From Candidatus Thorarchaeota archaeon (GTDB taxonomy: Archaea; Asgardarchaeota; Thorarchaeia; Thorarchaeales; Thorarchaeaceae): a stretch of DNA of 64,000 nucleotides. Location of the stretch: positions 14,465 through 78,464 of the forward strand of contig JBHLQH010000016.1 in assembly GCA_048884965.1 (NCBI GenBank). Reading direction: 5' to 3'. Of the stretch, positions 27,969 through 38,096 are shown one piece after another (position 1 is the stretch's first letter; the number at the start of each line of letters is the position of its first letter). A program made the translations under genes and the position numbers. The notes beneath the pieces are model-generated. The model was not told the origin of the DNA, made no database searches, and saw nothing but the letters and a program-made list of their open reading frames with translations.

Positions 27969-28253
27969 CTATTCGCTAATGCGAATCTTTGTCCTAAATT
28001 TATCTAATAGACCCGCAGATTCCAGTGCTTTTTCAATATCCTTATCGTCAGCACCGGATTTGATCTCTATTATGGTATCAAGGGGTTCCAAGTGTCTAAT
28101 GTTGCAGCTCCTACGTCTGATGCCGCTAATATGCTTGGGCCCGGTGATTAGAACCATATTCTCATCTTTAGCTTCGACAATGACGCAATAGCTTCCAACC
28201 TCTCGTCCCATCGTCTTTACACAAATTCTGCCTGTTTCGTATAGTTTTGCCAT
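27969..28253 (-). CDS. rpl14e: 50S ribosomal protein eL14
   Basis: GRICVKTMGRE..CVIV..VLITGPK..RRSCNIRHLEP. Confidence 0.95.
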   Translation of the reverse strand: MAKLYETGRICVKTMGREVGSYCVIVEAKDENMVLITGPKHISGIRRRSCNIRHLEPLDTIIEIKSGADDKDIEKALESAGLLDKFRTKIRISE

Positions 28254-28384
28254 TCTTATTACACCTCAACCCATTCTAGGTCAAACGAACGTTCCAAGTC
28301 ACCAAGGACATTCATTCCAATAGAAGGGGAGAATTGACTCCACCACCAAAAGGTCTCAATAAGAGCCTTGTGATTCGACATTCA

Positions 28385-28927
28385 TCAAGATTTGCTTTCG
28401 AATAGTCTTCTGATGGCTGTCGAAATAATCTCTGTAACCCCGTCCAAATCGTATTTTTCTGTATTTATGACTAGATCATATAGAGATAGATTCTGGACAT
28501 CAAATCCATAGAACTCAATATATCGTGCACGTTCGATACGCTCACGTGTTTCTGTTTCGTGTAAAGCATCCTCATAGCTGACACCATCTCTTGATGCGAT
28601 GCGCTTCACTCTCGTTCGTAGTGGGGCTGTCAATAGGATCTTAAGGTCAACGTGTTCGCTTGCCATATGAGCTGCTAGTTGACCATCTAGCATCACATTT
28701 CCTTTCTCAGCTTCAGCCTTAATTCTTCCATCTAGCTCGCGATCGATACTCTCATCATCCTCAGCGATTCTGCTGAACTCTTCAAGAGAAATTCCGCGTT
28801 CATTTGCTAGCTGTCTGAATATACCACCAGCAGAAACACGCCTTAGGCCAAAGATATTGGATATGTTATCAGCCGCGGAGCTTTTTCCTGTACCATGAAG
28901 GCCTCCAATGGTGATAACACGCTTCAT
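28385..28927 (-). CDS. cmk: Cytidylate kinase (archaeal)
   Basis: ITIGGLHGTGKS, SAGGIFR, DRELD, RIASRD, YDLVINT; start reassigned to ATG 28927. Confidence 0.93.
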   Translation of the reverse strand: MKRVITIGGLHGTGKSSAADNISNIFGLRRVSAGGIFRQLANERGISLEEFSRIAEDDESIDRELDGRIKAEAEKGNVMLDGQLAAHMASEHVDLKILLTAPLRTRVKRIASRDGVSYEDALHETETRERIERARYIEFYGFDVQNLSLYDLVINTEKYDLDGVTEIISTAIRRLFESKS

Positions 28928-28931
28928 TGTC

Positions 28932-29198
28932 TTATTCCCGTACTTCTCTAGTAATCTCACGGCGAAGTGCCTTGGAGGATACCATACCACCATATGGACG
29001 GTTTGGTCTCTTACTCGACTTGCTTGTGTTTCGACTTTGTTGAGCTTTGGACTTTTGCGGAAGCTGTAAATCTTTTCCACTAATTGAGCAGATTCCACCA
29101 GCTTTGTAGTATTTTCGGCGATGAACTTTGATACGACCGCCAGGGGTCTTAATCCTACGATTTGCTCTACCCCTTGTAAGCATTCCAGGTCTGGGCAT
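28932..29198 (-). CDS. rpl34e: 50S ribosomal protein eL34
   Basis: MPRPG..KTPGGR..SSKRPNRPYGG. Confidence 0.93.
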   Translation of the reverse strand: MPRPGMLTRGRANRRIKTPGGRIKVHRRKYYKAGGICSISGKDLQLPQKSKAQQSRNTSKSSKRPNRPYGGMVSSKALRREITREVRE

Positions 29199-29298
29199 TT
29201 ACTATCACCATTTATCTTCGGCTTATTCTCCGACGCGTGGTTCTCTCCTTAAAAAAGCAGCGATGCGCCAATACCTAAATTGAGCTGATGAAGACACT

Positions 29299-29556
29299 TT
29301 ATCTCAACACGAAGTCGGGAGGGTGCATGACGAAATATACGACAATGACAGACAGAATGATTCCACCAAGAATCAACTTCTGTCCAGTGAGTTTCCCAAC
29401 CTTTACGCCCACAAACATAAGTATTGCTCCTATCAAGATGACAAGAATACCGGATGACGCGGCGATAAAGAGAAGAGAATCCCAAATTTCTCGAAGGTAT
29501 TGCAGAATCAAGTCAGTAAAGTCAGTAAGAGGACTTTGCATTAGTTGCGGGTTCAT
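29299..29556 (-). CDS. Small membrane protein (2 TM)
   Basis: Two hydrophobic helices. Confidence 0.6.
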   Translation of the reverse strand: MNPQLMQSPLTDFTDLILQYLREIWDSLLFIAASSGILVILIGAILMFVGVKVGKLTGQKLILGGIILSVIVVYFVMHPPDFVLR

Positions 29557-29646
29557 AGTAATTCAGAAGGGTGTGAAGGATAATGCGATATAATGCAATT
29601 CTGCAAGTAGAATAGAGATTGTGAAGGTAAAGCTGTACATATCTAT

Positions 29647-29679
29647 CAAAAAGAAGGTGTGACCGCTAAGGGTCACATC
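29647..29679 (-). terminator. Hairpin plus T-tract after the DUF106 gene
   Basis: Minus strand TGTGACC-cttagc-GGTCACA followed by CCTTCTTTTT. Confidence 0.65.
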
Positions 29680-29684
29680 GTCTT

Positions 29685-30236
29685 CTACATGAGCTGCGTA
29701 CCCATGATTCTTTGCAGGATTCCACTAAGTCCTAGTCCAACAAGGAAATAGAAACCCCAAAATGTCATACCAAACCCGACACCAACAGGTGTGCCGATCA
29801 TCCCCTCAAGGAACGGCAGGAGCTTGTGGACATTGAATGGAAGAACGGCTACAATCTTGTCCATTCCTGTTACTGGATCATTGTAGAAACTTCGTAGGAA
29901 GGAGAAAACAAGAAGGAAAGGTATCATGAACATGAGTGATGGCTTGCACCGTTCGGTCATCATCTCTCTCTGGATGCGGTCTATGTATGCCTTTTGTCTC
30001 TTGACCTTTTTTAGCAACTTCGCGTTCTGCGTCCGTTCTGCTTCTTTCTGCATCTCCTGATGTTGTTTGATTGCTACCTGATAGCGTTTGAGACGCCTCA
30101 TATCAGCGAATCTGCGCATACCCAGATTACTTATCGTGGATACGGATACTGACACGAATACGATTAGGATAGGCGCAAACGGAGGGTCAGCGAATATCTG
30201 AAAATAGTTCATCAAATCAGCTAAAAGGTCTTGCAT
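29685..30236 (-). CDS. DUF106/EMC3/TMCO1 (Oxa1 superfamily) membrane protein
   Basis: TM, coiled coil, KPSLMFMIP, C-terminal FWGFYFL; conserved position between adk and eL34. Confidence 0.88.
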   Translation of the reverse strand: MQDLLADLMNYFQIFADPPFAPILIVFVSVSVSTISNLGMRRFADMRRLKRYQVAIKQHQEMQKEAERTQNAKLLKKVKRQKAYIDRIQREMMTERCKPSLMFMIPFLLVFSFLRSFYNDPVTGMDKIVAVLPFNVHKLLPFLEGMIGTPVGVGFGMTFWGFYFLVGLGLSGILQRIMGTQLM

Positions 30237-30243
30237 AAGGTAT

Positions 30244-30834
30244 CTACTCCATTAATGTTTCTGCTAATTCTTTTGCAGCAGCCTCTACCATACCCTGACG
30301 GTTCTTGATGATTCTTACGGTTGCACCAGTTATGGTACCAACAGATACCGCAGCTGCTCTGCACATCTGCTGATGTGTTTCAATGATATCCACCATTTGT
30401 GCATCACGTGCCCGAGTAGGATCATCTTGCCTTCGGAGGGCAATCTTCTCGGAATCAGCCTCGACAAGAACGACAGTCTTTGGCATGATTGCTCTCACTA
30501 CCCATTCTGGCAATCCAATGAGATAGCCATTGTTCGTCTGAATCAGTGTATGGGTGTCAACTATCACTCGAGCCTTCTTCGACTTCTCAGCAATTGCTTC
30601 TCCAGCGAGTCGTTGGTGCTCTCGTTGAATCGCAGTAGGTAGCTTTCGCATTTCATCACGATCCTTGACATGGCCATTCTTTGTCGCTACTTCAAACATC
30701 TCTGTACCAAAGTTGAGTACCAAGACCTCTTCATTATGGTTCTCTTTGACCATATCTACAGCGGTATTGATCACGGTGGTCTTTCCCACACCAGGAATGC
30801 CAGTGACGATAACTACGTTTCTAGATTCGCTCAT
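30244..30834 (-). CDS. adkA: Adenylate kinase (archaeal AdkA)
   Basis: TGIPGVGKTT, NFGT, RDEMRKL, DTH, GLP; start probably ATG 30834. Confidence 0.95.
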   Translation of the reverse strand: MSESRNVVIVTGIPGVGKTTVINTAVDMVKENHNEEVLVLNFGTEMFEVATKNGHVKDRDEMRKLPTAIQREHQRLAGEAIAEKSKKARVIVDTHTLIQTNNGYLIGLPEWVVRAIMPKTVVLVEADSEKIALRRQDDPTRARDAQMVDIIETHQQMCRAAAVSVGTITGATVRIIKNRQGMVEAAAKELAETLME

Positions 30835-30984
30835 TGGATGAATCACCTTTTGTCTAGACGGTTCGAAAGTCATCAAGGTGGCGTTATATACGTTCTGTAG
30901 ACCTAAATATTGGAGAATGGAAAATATGCAATGGCTGCATTGTGTGGTAGGGCGTAATGATTAGAAAAAAGTAACATTCTATGG

Positions 30985-31443
30985 TCAAGAATCAAAATCC
31001 AAGTATTCAAGCAAATCAGAGAGTTTTGCATCAAACCCTGATTGAAGATTTGGAATACCATGTCGCAGGTCCCACCAATACAAATCAAAGATGATGTGTT
31101 CGGGTGTGTTTTCAGTTCTAATCGACGGTTTTACCTCTTCATGATTCCACTTCTCCGGAGGAGTTCCATCGCATACAATATGATAGAATTTTCGTCTATG
31201 AATCTCATCAATACCATAAATAGACACATCGAAAATGGCTTCACCCAAATATCGGACATACCTTAGGGCTTCCAATCCGGTTTCTTCGATTGCCTCTCTA
31301 AGAGCTGCATCCTGAGGAGTTTCTTCAGGCTCTGGTGTGCCTCCAGGGATTTGAATACCTCCTTCAGGAAATCCTCGTTCTTCAAAGACAAGCAAACGAG
31401 TTCCATGAGTGATATACGCGTAGATTTTCACACGTTCATTCAT
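30985..31443 (-). CDS. NUDIX hydrolase
   Basis: Nudix box PGGTPEPEETPQDAALREAIEETGL. Confidence 0.9.
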   Translation of the reverse strand: MNERVKIYAYITHGTRLLVFEERGFPEGGIQIPGGTPEPEETPQDAALREAIEETGLEALRYVRYLGEAIFDVSIYGIDEIHRRKFYHIVCDGTPPEKWNHEEVKPSIRTENTPEHIIFDLYWWDLRHGIPNLQSGFDAKLSDLLEYLDFDS

Positions 31444-31472
31444 AATGGAAAATAAACGGCAGTGTTTCTTGT

Positions 31473-31661
31473 TTATAGCTTACGGCTCTCAAAATAAATT
31501 CCTGCAAGGTTGAGAACAACTGACATTCCCGCAAAGACTCCAACTAGGAAATCAGTGATAGGATCAGGCGGAAAGAAATGGCTGACGAGTATCGATATGG
31601 CAACAAAGAGCAATCCTAATGGTAGGAAGTATTTTGGATTTCTGATTATCATTGGAATCAT
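31473..31661 (-). CDS. Small membrane protein (2 TM)
   Basis: 62 aa with two hydrophobic helices. Confidence 0.55.
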   Translation of the reverse strand: MIPMIIRNPKYFLPLGLLFVAISILVSHFFPPDPITDFLVGVFAGMSVVLNLAGIYFESRKL

Positions 31662-31836
31662 GTAGAATTACAAGTCACAGAAATATAATGCAAAGGATAA
31701 CAGCAATGAGATGTACAGAGATGACGATTGTATTGCTAAGAATCGTGTTGAATATTCTCATTTAGTGCATTTCATGGTATTTATTACCGAATATGCGAGT
31801 GTGTTCCTTTACCAATCTTGAGATGGAGAGAGAAAT

Positions 31837-32802
31837 ATGTCTTCTGAAGCATATATTATCCAGACGGAGGGCTTGGGAAAAGCGTATGGTGAAGTCAAAG
31901 CGTTGCATGGACTTGACCTGAAGGTTCCCAAGAATTCGATTTTCGCGTTCCTTGGACCCAATGGGGCTGGTAAGACGACGACAATCAAACTACTTCTAGG
32001 TCTCGCGAAACCCAGTTTTGGAGGAGCGACGGTCCTTGGAAAAAATATTGTGACTGACAATAACGAAATTAGAAGGAATGTGGGCTATCTGGCGCAGCAA
32101 CCCAGGTTCTACAAAGAACTGTCAGCTCGAGAAACCCTTCGATTTGCAGCAAGTTTCTTCTTTAAAGGACCGAGGAACTTGATAGAGGAACGAATCGAGC
32201 ATCTGATAGGCATCGTAGGACTTGAAGATAAGGCGGATCGTCCAATAGAGGGTTTCTCTGGAGGCGAAATGCAACGCCTTGGTATAGCTCAAGCGCAAAT
32301 CAACTTCCCAGAATTGCTTATCCTGGATGAACCAGCGGCAGGACTGGACCCGGAGGGCAGAGAACAGGTCCTTAAAATCATGGAGTCGCTTAGGTCAGAA
32401 GCTACCATCTTCTATAGCACACATATCCTTGATGATGTTCAGCGAGTGAGTGATAGAGTCGCTATTTTGAACAAAGGCAATCTGATTGCACAAGCACCAA
32501 TTGAGGAACTTCTCGCAGGAACTGAAGGTGTTGCCTACACACTTACTCTGGAGGGGAACACAGAGAAGGTCTACTCGACGCTCTCTTCTGAGCAATGGAT
32601 ATCATCGATTACGGAGAGAAAGGAAAAGGGGCGTACTCATTGGATTGTCAATGTTACAGACCAAAGTGTAGCAAAGAAACAGCTTCTACGCACGGTGCTT
32701 AGATATGATGATATTGATGTGGTGGACTTTGGCTTGAAGCAGTACGAGCTTGAGGAGATTTTCATGAAGTTAGTTGAGGAGGACGGTAACAATGTCGAGT
32801 AA
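31837..32802 (+). CDS. ABC-2 type transporter ATP-binding subunit
   Basis: GPNGAGKTT, FSGGEMQR, ILDEP, STH. Confidence 0.95.
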   Translation: MSSEAYIIQTEGLGKAYGEVKALHGLDLKVPKNSIFAFLGPNGAGKTTTIKLLLGLAKPSFGGATVLGKNIVTDNNEIRRNVGYLAQQPRFYKELSARETLRFAASFFFKGPRNLIEERIEHLIGIVGLEDKADRPIEGFSGGEMQRLGIAQAQINFPELLILDEPAAGLDPEGREQVLKIMESLRSEATIFYSTHILDDVQRVSDRVAILNKGNLIAQAPIEELLAGTEGVAYTLTLEGNTEKVYSTLSSEQWISSITERKEKGRTHWIVNVTDQSVAKKQLLRTVLRYDDIDVVDFGLKQYELEEIFMKLVEEDGNNVE

Positions 32803-33535
32803 AGATGCATTCGAGCCAGTTACAGAAACTGGATGGAGGATGGGCTTCTCAACCTTGCTCAAGAAAGAACTGAAGACTTGGTTTGGTACGAGTGCCTGGT
32901 GGCAGCACGCACTGCTTTGGTCAGCTATACTCGTAATGTTTGGCTCTGTTGGTCTTGGAGACCCTGAAGCAGGTCCATTTATCTTCTATATGATGGCGAC
33001 CATCTTCCCCTCAATCGCAGTAATCATCATCTCTCAGGAGAGAATCCTTGAAGATAAGAGATCGGGATCTGCCGCATGGGTACTCTCAAAGCCTGTATCT
33101 AGAACGGGATTCATTCTTTCCAAACTCCTTCCATCAGCTCTCGGATTCGCAGTTTCGATGATATTCATCCCAGGAATACTGTTCTATCTTGTTGCTGTCG
33201 CAATGGGCTCAACGATTGCGTTGGTACCATACCTAGCATCGCTTGTGCCGCTAATACTGTGGCAACTCTTTCTTTCTTGGTTGACCATGTGCCTTGGTAC
33301 TTTCTTTGAAAAAGAAGGACCTGTGATGGCTGTACCATTCCCATTTCTCTTCTTTGGACCAAATCTAGCGCAGCATCCAGACTTGGGACCATTTGGTCCA
33401 TGGGGACTTGTGATGAACTCCGTGAGCCTAGCGTCAGATGGGACTTTTCCGATATACCCTATATTCATCACAATAGGGATTCTGGTTGTGCTGGCAATCG
33501 TAGCGATTATACGATTCGGAAAACACGAATTCTAA
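32792..33535 (+). CDS. ABC-2 type transporter permease
   Basis: About 6 TM; EDKRSGSAAWVLSKPVSR. Confidence 0.88.
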   Translation: MSSKDAFEPVTETGWRMGFSTLLKKELKTWFGTSAWWQHALLWSAILVMFGSVGLGDPEAGPFIFYMMATIFPSIAVIIISQERILEDKRSGSAAWVLSKPVSRTGFILSKLLPSALGFAVSMIFIPGILFYLVAVAMGSTIALVPYLASLVPLILWQLFLSWLTMCLGTFFEKEGPVMAVPFPFLFFGPNLAQHPDLGPFGPWGLVMNSVSLASDGTFPIYPIFITIGILVVLAIVAIIRFGKHEF

Positions 33536-33580
33536 AAAGAAGAAACGAACTGGAAGGGGAGAATCCCTTCCAGTGTTTTT
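33535..33580. terminator. Bidirectional hairpin between the convergent ABC permease and secY genes
   Basis: ACTGGAAGGG-gagaat-CCCTTCCAGT with T-rich runs on both strands. Confidence 0.7.
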
Positions 33581-33583
33581 GCT

Positions 33584-35050
33584 TTACAATATTCCAAGCA
33601 GCCCAGTAACGCCTTCGCCGCCCATCTGAGCAAGCTGTTCTTTGGCAATCTGCTCATAGTACTGTTTGATGATAGACACCATCAGTAGGATACCTGTTCC
33701 ACTTGCGAGAGCACCCATGACATCGGCTGCTGCCGCTAGTACTCCTACAAGGAAACCTCCGAGTCCTGCGACGACGGGGATATATCTCTCAAGAAGGCGT
33801 TCTAGGACCTTCTCACTCCTTCTGAAACCAGGTACAATGTAGCCTGAGTCAAGGAGCTGGCGCGATACGTCCCTAGGGGCGATCCCGCTGATATCCACCC
33901 ATATCTTCGAGAATCCCCAACACAGGAATATCATCAGCGCTGCATAGAAGATGATGTGGAAGAAACCATCCGTTCCTTCTTGTATGATGCTGAATATCCC
34001 TTGCGGGGGCGTAATGTACTTTGCAAGTCCACTTGTTGCTCGCATCTGTCCATCTATCGTTTCATATTCGCCCAATATATTGAGGAATACATTCGTTCCT
34101 TGGTGCCAATTCCAAATGATCTGCCCAAAGAAGATGATGTTCGCGTAGAGTGCCTGAGCAAGAATAACAGGAATGTTCGAGGTATAGAGGAGCTTGATTG
34201 GATATCGAGCTTTCATGCCTCGGTACCGCGCATACTGCAGGGGGATCTCAACCCTCACAGACTCTAGATATAGCACAAATGCAAAAATTATGAATGTGAT
34301 TATCAGCGCGAAGATGCTTGGGTCAATCCCGTTTCTAAAGAATAATGCTCCTGCATCAACCAGAGGCGTTGATGGAGTGACACCAACACCAAAGAAGCGA
34401 AGGATGTTCGAGGCGATTGCAGCAATAATCCCTTTTGGCAATGAGTCATCACTGGTATTGAGTACATCAAACATGCTGAACATGACTTGACCGGCAACGT
34501 TGGTCATGATGAAGAGTGATACTCCAGACCCAAGTCCCCAGCCTTTCTGGATAAGCTCATCCATCAGGATAACGATGATTCCTGAGAAGAATAGCTGCAA
34601 GAAGACAATGACGCCCTGTTCGGGAGTCAATGAGCCATAGGCATTTCCAATGATGTAAGCAATTGCCTGAAAGGCAGTCATGAACATCGCAAGTACCTTC
34701 TGGCCACCAGTGAACAATGCACGATCTTCAGGGTCTCCAAAGTCTACGTTGATAATCTTTGAACCTGAAAGGAGCTGCATCACTAGTCCTGCAGTAACAA
34801 TTGGTCCTATACCGAGCTCCATCAGTGTTCCACGAGTGCTAGCAAGAATGACTCGCATTGCCCAAAGATAGTCAGTACCAGCCGCTGTATCAACGCCATA
34901 GAGCGGCAAGTGGCTCATGATCAAGAAGACAATCAGGACAACTAGTGTCCAAGTGATTTTCTCTCGGAATGAAACTTCTCGGTCAGGCTGTTTCACCTCC
35001 GGCATGATTCGCACGAAAGGTGAAAGAACCTTCAGAAATGTTGATGGCAT
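33584..35050 (-). CDS. secY: Preprotein translocase SecY/Sec61alpha
   Basis: GTLMELGIGPIVTAG, KGWGLGSGVSLFI, YPIKLLYTSNIPVIL, PGFR, GTGILL. Confidence 0.98.
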   Translation of the reverse strand: MPSTFLKVLSPFVRIMPEVKQPDREVSFREKITWTLVVLIVFLIMSHLPLYGVDTAAGTDYLWAMRVILASTRGTLMELGIGPIVTAGLVMQLLSGSKIINVDFGDPEDRALFTGGQKVLAMFMTAFQAIAYIIGNAYGSLTPEQGVIVFLQLFFSGIIVILMDELIQKGWGLGSGVSLFIMTNVAGQVMFSMFDVLNTSDDSLPKGIIAAIASNILRFFGVGVTPSTPLVDAGALFFRNGIDPSIFALIITFIIFAFVLYLESVRVEIPLQYARYRGMKARYPIKLLYTSNIPVILAQALYANIIFFGQIIWNWHQGTNVFLNILGEYETIDGQMRATSGLAKYITPPQGIFSIIQEGTDGFFHIIFYAALMIFLCWGFSKIWVDISGIAPRDVSRQLLDSGYIVPGFRRSEKVLERLLERYIPVVAGLGGFLVGVLAAAADVMGALASGTGILLMVSIIKQYYEQIAKEQLAQMGGEGVTGLLGIL

Positions 35051-35292
35051 TTTCTAGGACCTCATCTGCAGGTTATTTTCGTGGGTTCAACTGGAGTGTA
35101 CCTTTAAAGCTAGTGGTTGCCCCAAGTCAATCCCTACAGATATCTTCTGAAGGAGTTGCTTGATAATAACTTCCTAGGTTGAGCATTTGTACTAGAGTTC
35201 CTAGTTTTCATTACTCAAGCCCCTCTCGTCTACTCACTTCTGAAGTCTCTGTTTATAGTCAGAGGTAATCCTGTGAGAGCAGGAGCATTATT

Positions 35293-35775
35293 TCATATCA
35301 ATCCATTCCATATACGATAGACTTCCGCCCAAAGAAACCCTGCACCTGAGATACCCAATAATAGAGCAAATACATTATGTATACCGAATTCAAAAGGAAC
35401 GAACAAGATGTAAAGAGCAAGAAGTGATGATACGAATATTGCATAGAGAATTGTTCGCGGAACAACTTTATTCTTCAAAAAGAGAAAATTGTCAAGGAAA
35501 TCGAGATTCGCATCTGGCCGAACTGTGTATTCACCCAATGTATTCTTCTCAATTATATCCTCCTCCATCAGTTTGTTCAGATGATACATACACTGACCAG
35601 GACTGCTCAGGCCTAAGTGCTTTGTAAGCTCTCCAGGTCCAACAGCTCGACGTAAGGTTAGCATTCCAATAAGCACCCTCCATGTCGTGGCATTTAGCTC
35701 CAAAACAAGGGGTAGCTTCTCATCCTTAGTTTGATCTTTTGAGGTCAATCCTATTTCCTCCGTTTGTGATTCCAT
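35293..35775 (-). CDS. Membrane-anchored winged-helix protein (N-terminal wHTH plus 2 TM)
   Basis: VGPGELTKHLGLSSPGQCMYHLNKLME..GEY followed by two hydrophobic helices. Confidence 0.75.
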   Translation of the reverse strand: MESQTEEIGLTSKDQTKDEKLPLVLELNATTWRVLIGMLTLRRAVGPGELTKHLGLSSPGQCMYHLNKLMEEDIIEKNTLGEYTVRPDANLDFLDNFLFLKNKVVPRTILYAIFVSSLLALYILFVPFEFGIHNVFALLLGISGAGFLWAEVYRIWNGLI

Positions 35776-37622
35776 CGTTTAATCCTATGAGTCGAGAATA
35801 TCACGATCCAAGCGATAGGAGTAATGAAGGGTAGAATACCTCCCAGTTGGATAGATGATGAGCCAAGCTCCGATGTGATTGTGATAATTAAACTTGCCCA
35901 AAGAACTGGTAGCGTTATTGATATGAAAAATCTCCAATCCCACTTCCAAGGTTTCGTGTTTTTTATTCGTTGTGACGCCCAATACAAAGGCACAACACTT
36001 CCTAGGATTAATAGCCATACTGCAGGGTAATAATTGACAATATTCACCAATACACTGCCTTCTGTTCGTACAAGGATAAGCGATCCATAGGCCATCAGAA
36101 TGTATGTAAGATTCATCTCCTCTGCAGTATATTGATAGGTAACAGTGGCTTCAGTCCAAGGAAGGAATAGACTGAGTATTAGTAGTGATAGTGGAAACCA
36201 GCGAAAGTCAGTTCTGAAGAAGCTCCAATCATGCGGGTGCGTACTTCTTTGAAATAGAGCTATCTGTATCAAGGCAAAAACAAGAATAAAGCCGATAAGG
36301 AATAATTGAGCAATATTGATTGCTGTATTTGCGATAACGAATAGTGGAAAGATTACTTCTACCTCTAAATTCTCAGGTGTACTACTCGGTATCTGATGCT
36401 CGATGAGAAGAGAGTTGGCTCCAAGCGAGGTGAATCTTTCCTTTATCTCAATTCTTAGGGATGCTTGAAGATGTGGAAGTACTAACGTCAGAGGGAATGA
36501 ATTGCCTGAGGACCGAAAGTCATAGACGCTATACGCAAGAATGGAGGAATCGGGTTCGGAATATGTTATGTTGATATTGATAACTGGAACATTTACCGAG
36601 AGTGCAATCTTGAGAGTGTAAGTAGAGAGTGTGATAGCATGATACATGCTCTGATTCTGCTCAAGCTCGAAGTAGAACTCGGTTTCTTTGTGATACCAAT
36701 GGAAATCGAACCATCCTGCACTTGCTGAGTAGTTACCAGTAGTCAGATGAATCGTTTCATTCTGGTCATTAATCCTGAGCATTGTGAAATCTAGTGTACT
36801 CTTGGATATGTTAATGGTGGGAATCACAAGAATCTGGTTACTATATTGATTTGTGCGGAAATCAGCTCCACTCGCATCAAGGATATCAAAATTAGTGGCG
36901 TATACCATCTCGGAAGTGCTTCCTATGACCTGGAGCCGTTCTATCAAGAAAGCCGCATCAAGAGGTATTATGATCTCAAGTGTGATTTCGCATCTCAGAA
37001 TCCATTCCGTGGTTTGAATCCTCAAGGCTTGAAGATCTGGAATTGTCAGATGATGCTGAGCGTCAGTACTGATAGACCCATTGGAAAAAAGAGAGGAGCT
37101 ACCAAGAGTCAAACGATCCGATTGGGAAGCTTGAAACGGATTCAACTCAGCACTCACATTCAAAGTAGAGTAAAACTGACCAGATATATCGCCATATGTG
37201 AAATCAATATCAATGGATTCATACCCTTCAAGGGGTAGATTCATGAATCGTCTCAATGATAGATACGTATTCTGGGCATTGATACGGACTCCATTAGATT
37301 CCATTCGGTTGCTAAATTCATGAGTATACATCCAGTCATAGGGCTCACGCGTAACACGCCATGATGAAAGAGTGGAAAAAGGAATTTCGGTAAGTAGGAT
37401 GGGTGTGGTAGTTCCAATAGATTGCCTACTGTGCATGACGATGGGAGCGGGATCACTTGCAGGACCGAGTGATTTTACATATCCAGTTGGGATATTTGCT
37501 TCAGGAAGATATGAAATCGCGACACCACCAACAAGTATCGCAGCTAGAATGCCTACTACGATATGCATAGTAATCTGCTTCACGAATACTTTATCGATAT
37601 CTCCTAAGGTAGCCGGTCCCAT
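35751..37622 (-). CDS. Large membrane protein (N-terminal anchor, beta-rich extracellular region, several C-terminal TM helices)
   Basis: Hydrophobic N-terminal helix, about 390-aa S/T/N-rich region with several N-x-S/T sequons, multiple C-terminal TMs. Confidence 0.7.
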   Translation of the reverse strand: MGPATLGDIDKVFVKQITMHIVVGILAAILVGGVAISYLPEANIPTGYVKSLGPASDPAPIVMHSRQSIGTTTPILLTEIPFSTLSSWRVTREPYDWMYTHEFSNRMESNGVRINAQNTYLSLRRFMNLPLEGYESIDIDFTYGDISGQFYSTLNVSAELNPFQASQSDRLTLGSSSLFSNGSISTDAQHHLTIPDLQALRIQTTEWILRCEITLEIIIPLDAAFLIERLQVIGSTSEMVYATNFDILDASGADFRTNQYSNQILVIPTINISKSTLDFTMLRINDQNETIHLTTGNYSASAGWFDFHWYHKETEFYFELEQNQSMYHAITLSTYTLKIALSVNVPVININITYSEPDSSILAYSVYDFRSSGNSFPLTLVLPHLQASLRIEIKERFTSLGANSLLIEHQIPSSTPENLEVEVIFPLFVIANTAINIAQLFLIGFILVFALIQIALFQRSTHPHDWSFFRTDFRWFPLSLLILSLFLPWTEATVTYQYTAEEMNLTYILMAYGSLILVRTEGSVLVNIVNYYPAVWLLILGSVVPLYWASQRIKNTKPWKWDWRFFISITLPVLWASLIITITSELGSSSIQLGGILPFITPIAWIVIFSTHRIKRWNHKRRK

Positions 37623-38096
37623 AGCACAACCTCAACTCTGACTATGACAGAATCGAACAGGAACTGCATTAAACTTTGCGAGTCAATTTTTGTACCATCA
37701 GCCATTCTAAAACGTAGAATGATATAGATAGATGGAATAGAACGTAAAGAGGGATTTGTTTAGTAACGAAATGGAAAGGCGTGCCACCAGAAACGACAGA
37801 CTTTCCGTCGTGGGGAGGGGTCCTGATAGACCCCTCCTATCTCTTTCTCCTTCTCGAACCTGTATTTCGCAGATATGAAAGATGTATTGTTGATTTGAAT
37901 GAATGTAATTCTTTGAAGGAAATGATGATGAGAGAGGGGACCTTGGATGATATGATCTTGATTATCCATCATCGTATCCAGATGCGCTCTGTTAGAGAGA
38001 CAATGGGATAGAATGAACTTCATGCTTCTGCAATGGAAAAATCAATCTATAAAAAACAGGAGTTGGATAATCTTGATGATTATATAGTCCTACTCA

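Noticed and set aside
28928-29098. N-terminal extension of Cmk in the ORF track
   Set aside because: It overlaps eL34 in another frame; the P-loop domain starts at ATG 28927.
37760-38023. Short ORFs on both strands in the gap between uL15 and the membrane gene
   Set aside because: No recognisable motifs, they overlap each other, and they run through strong hairpins.
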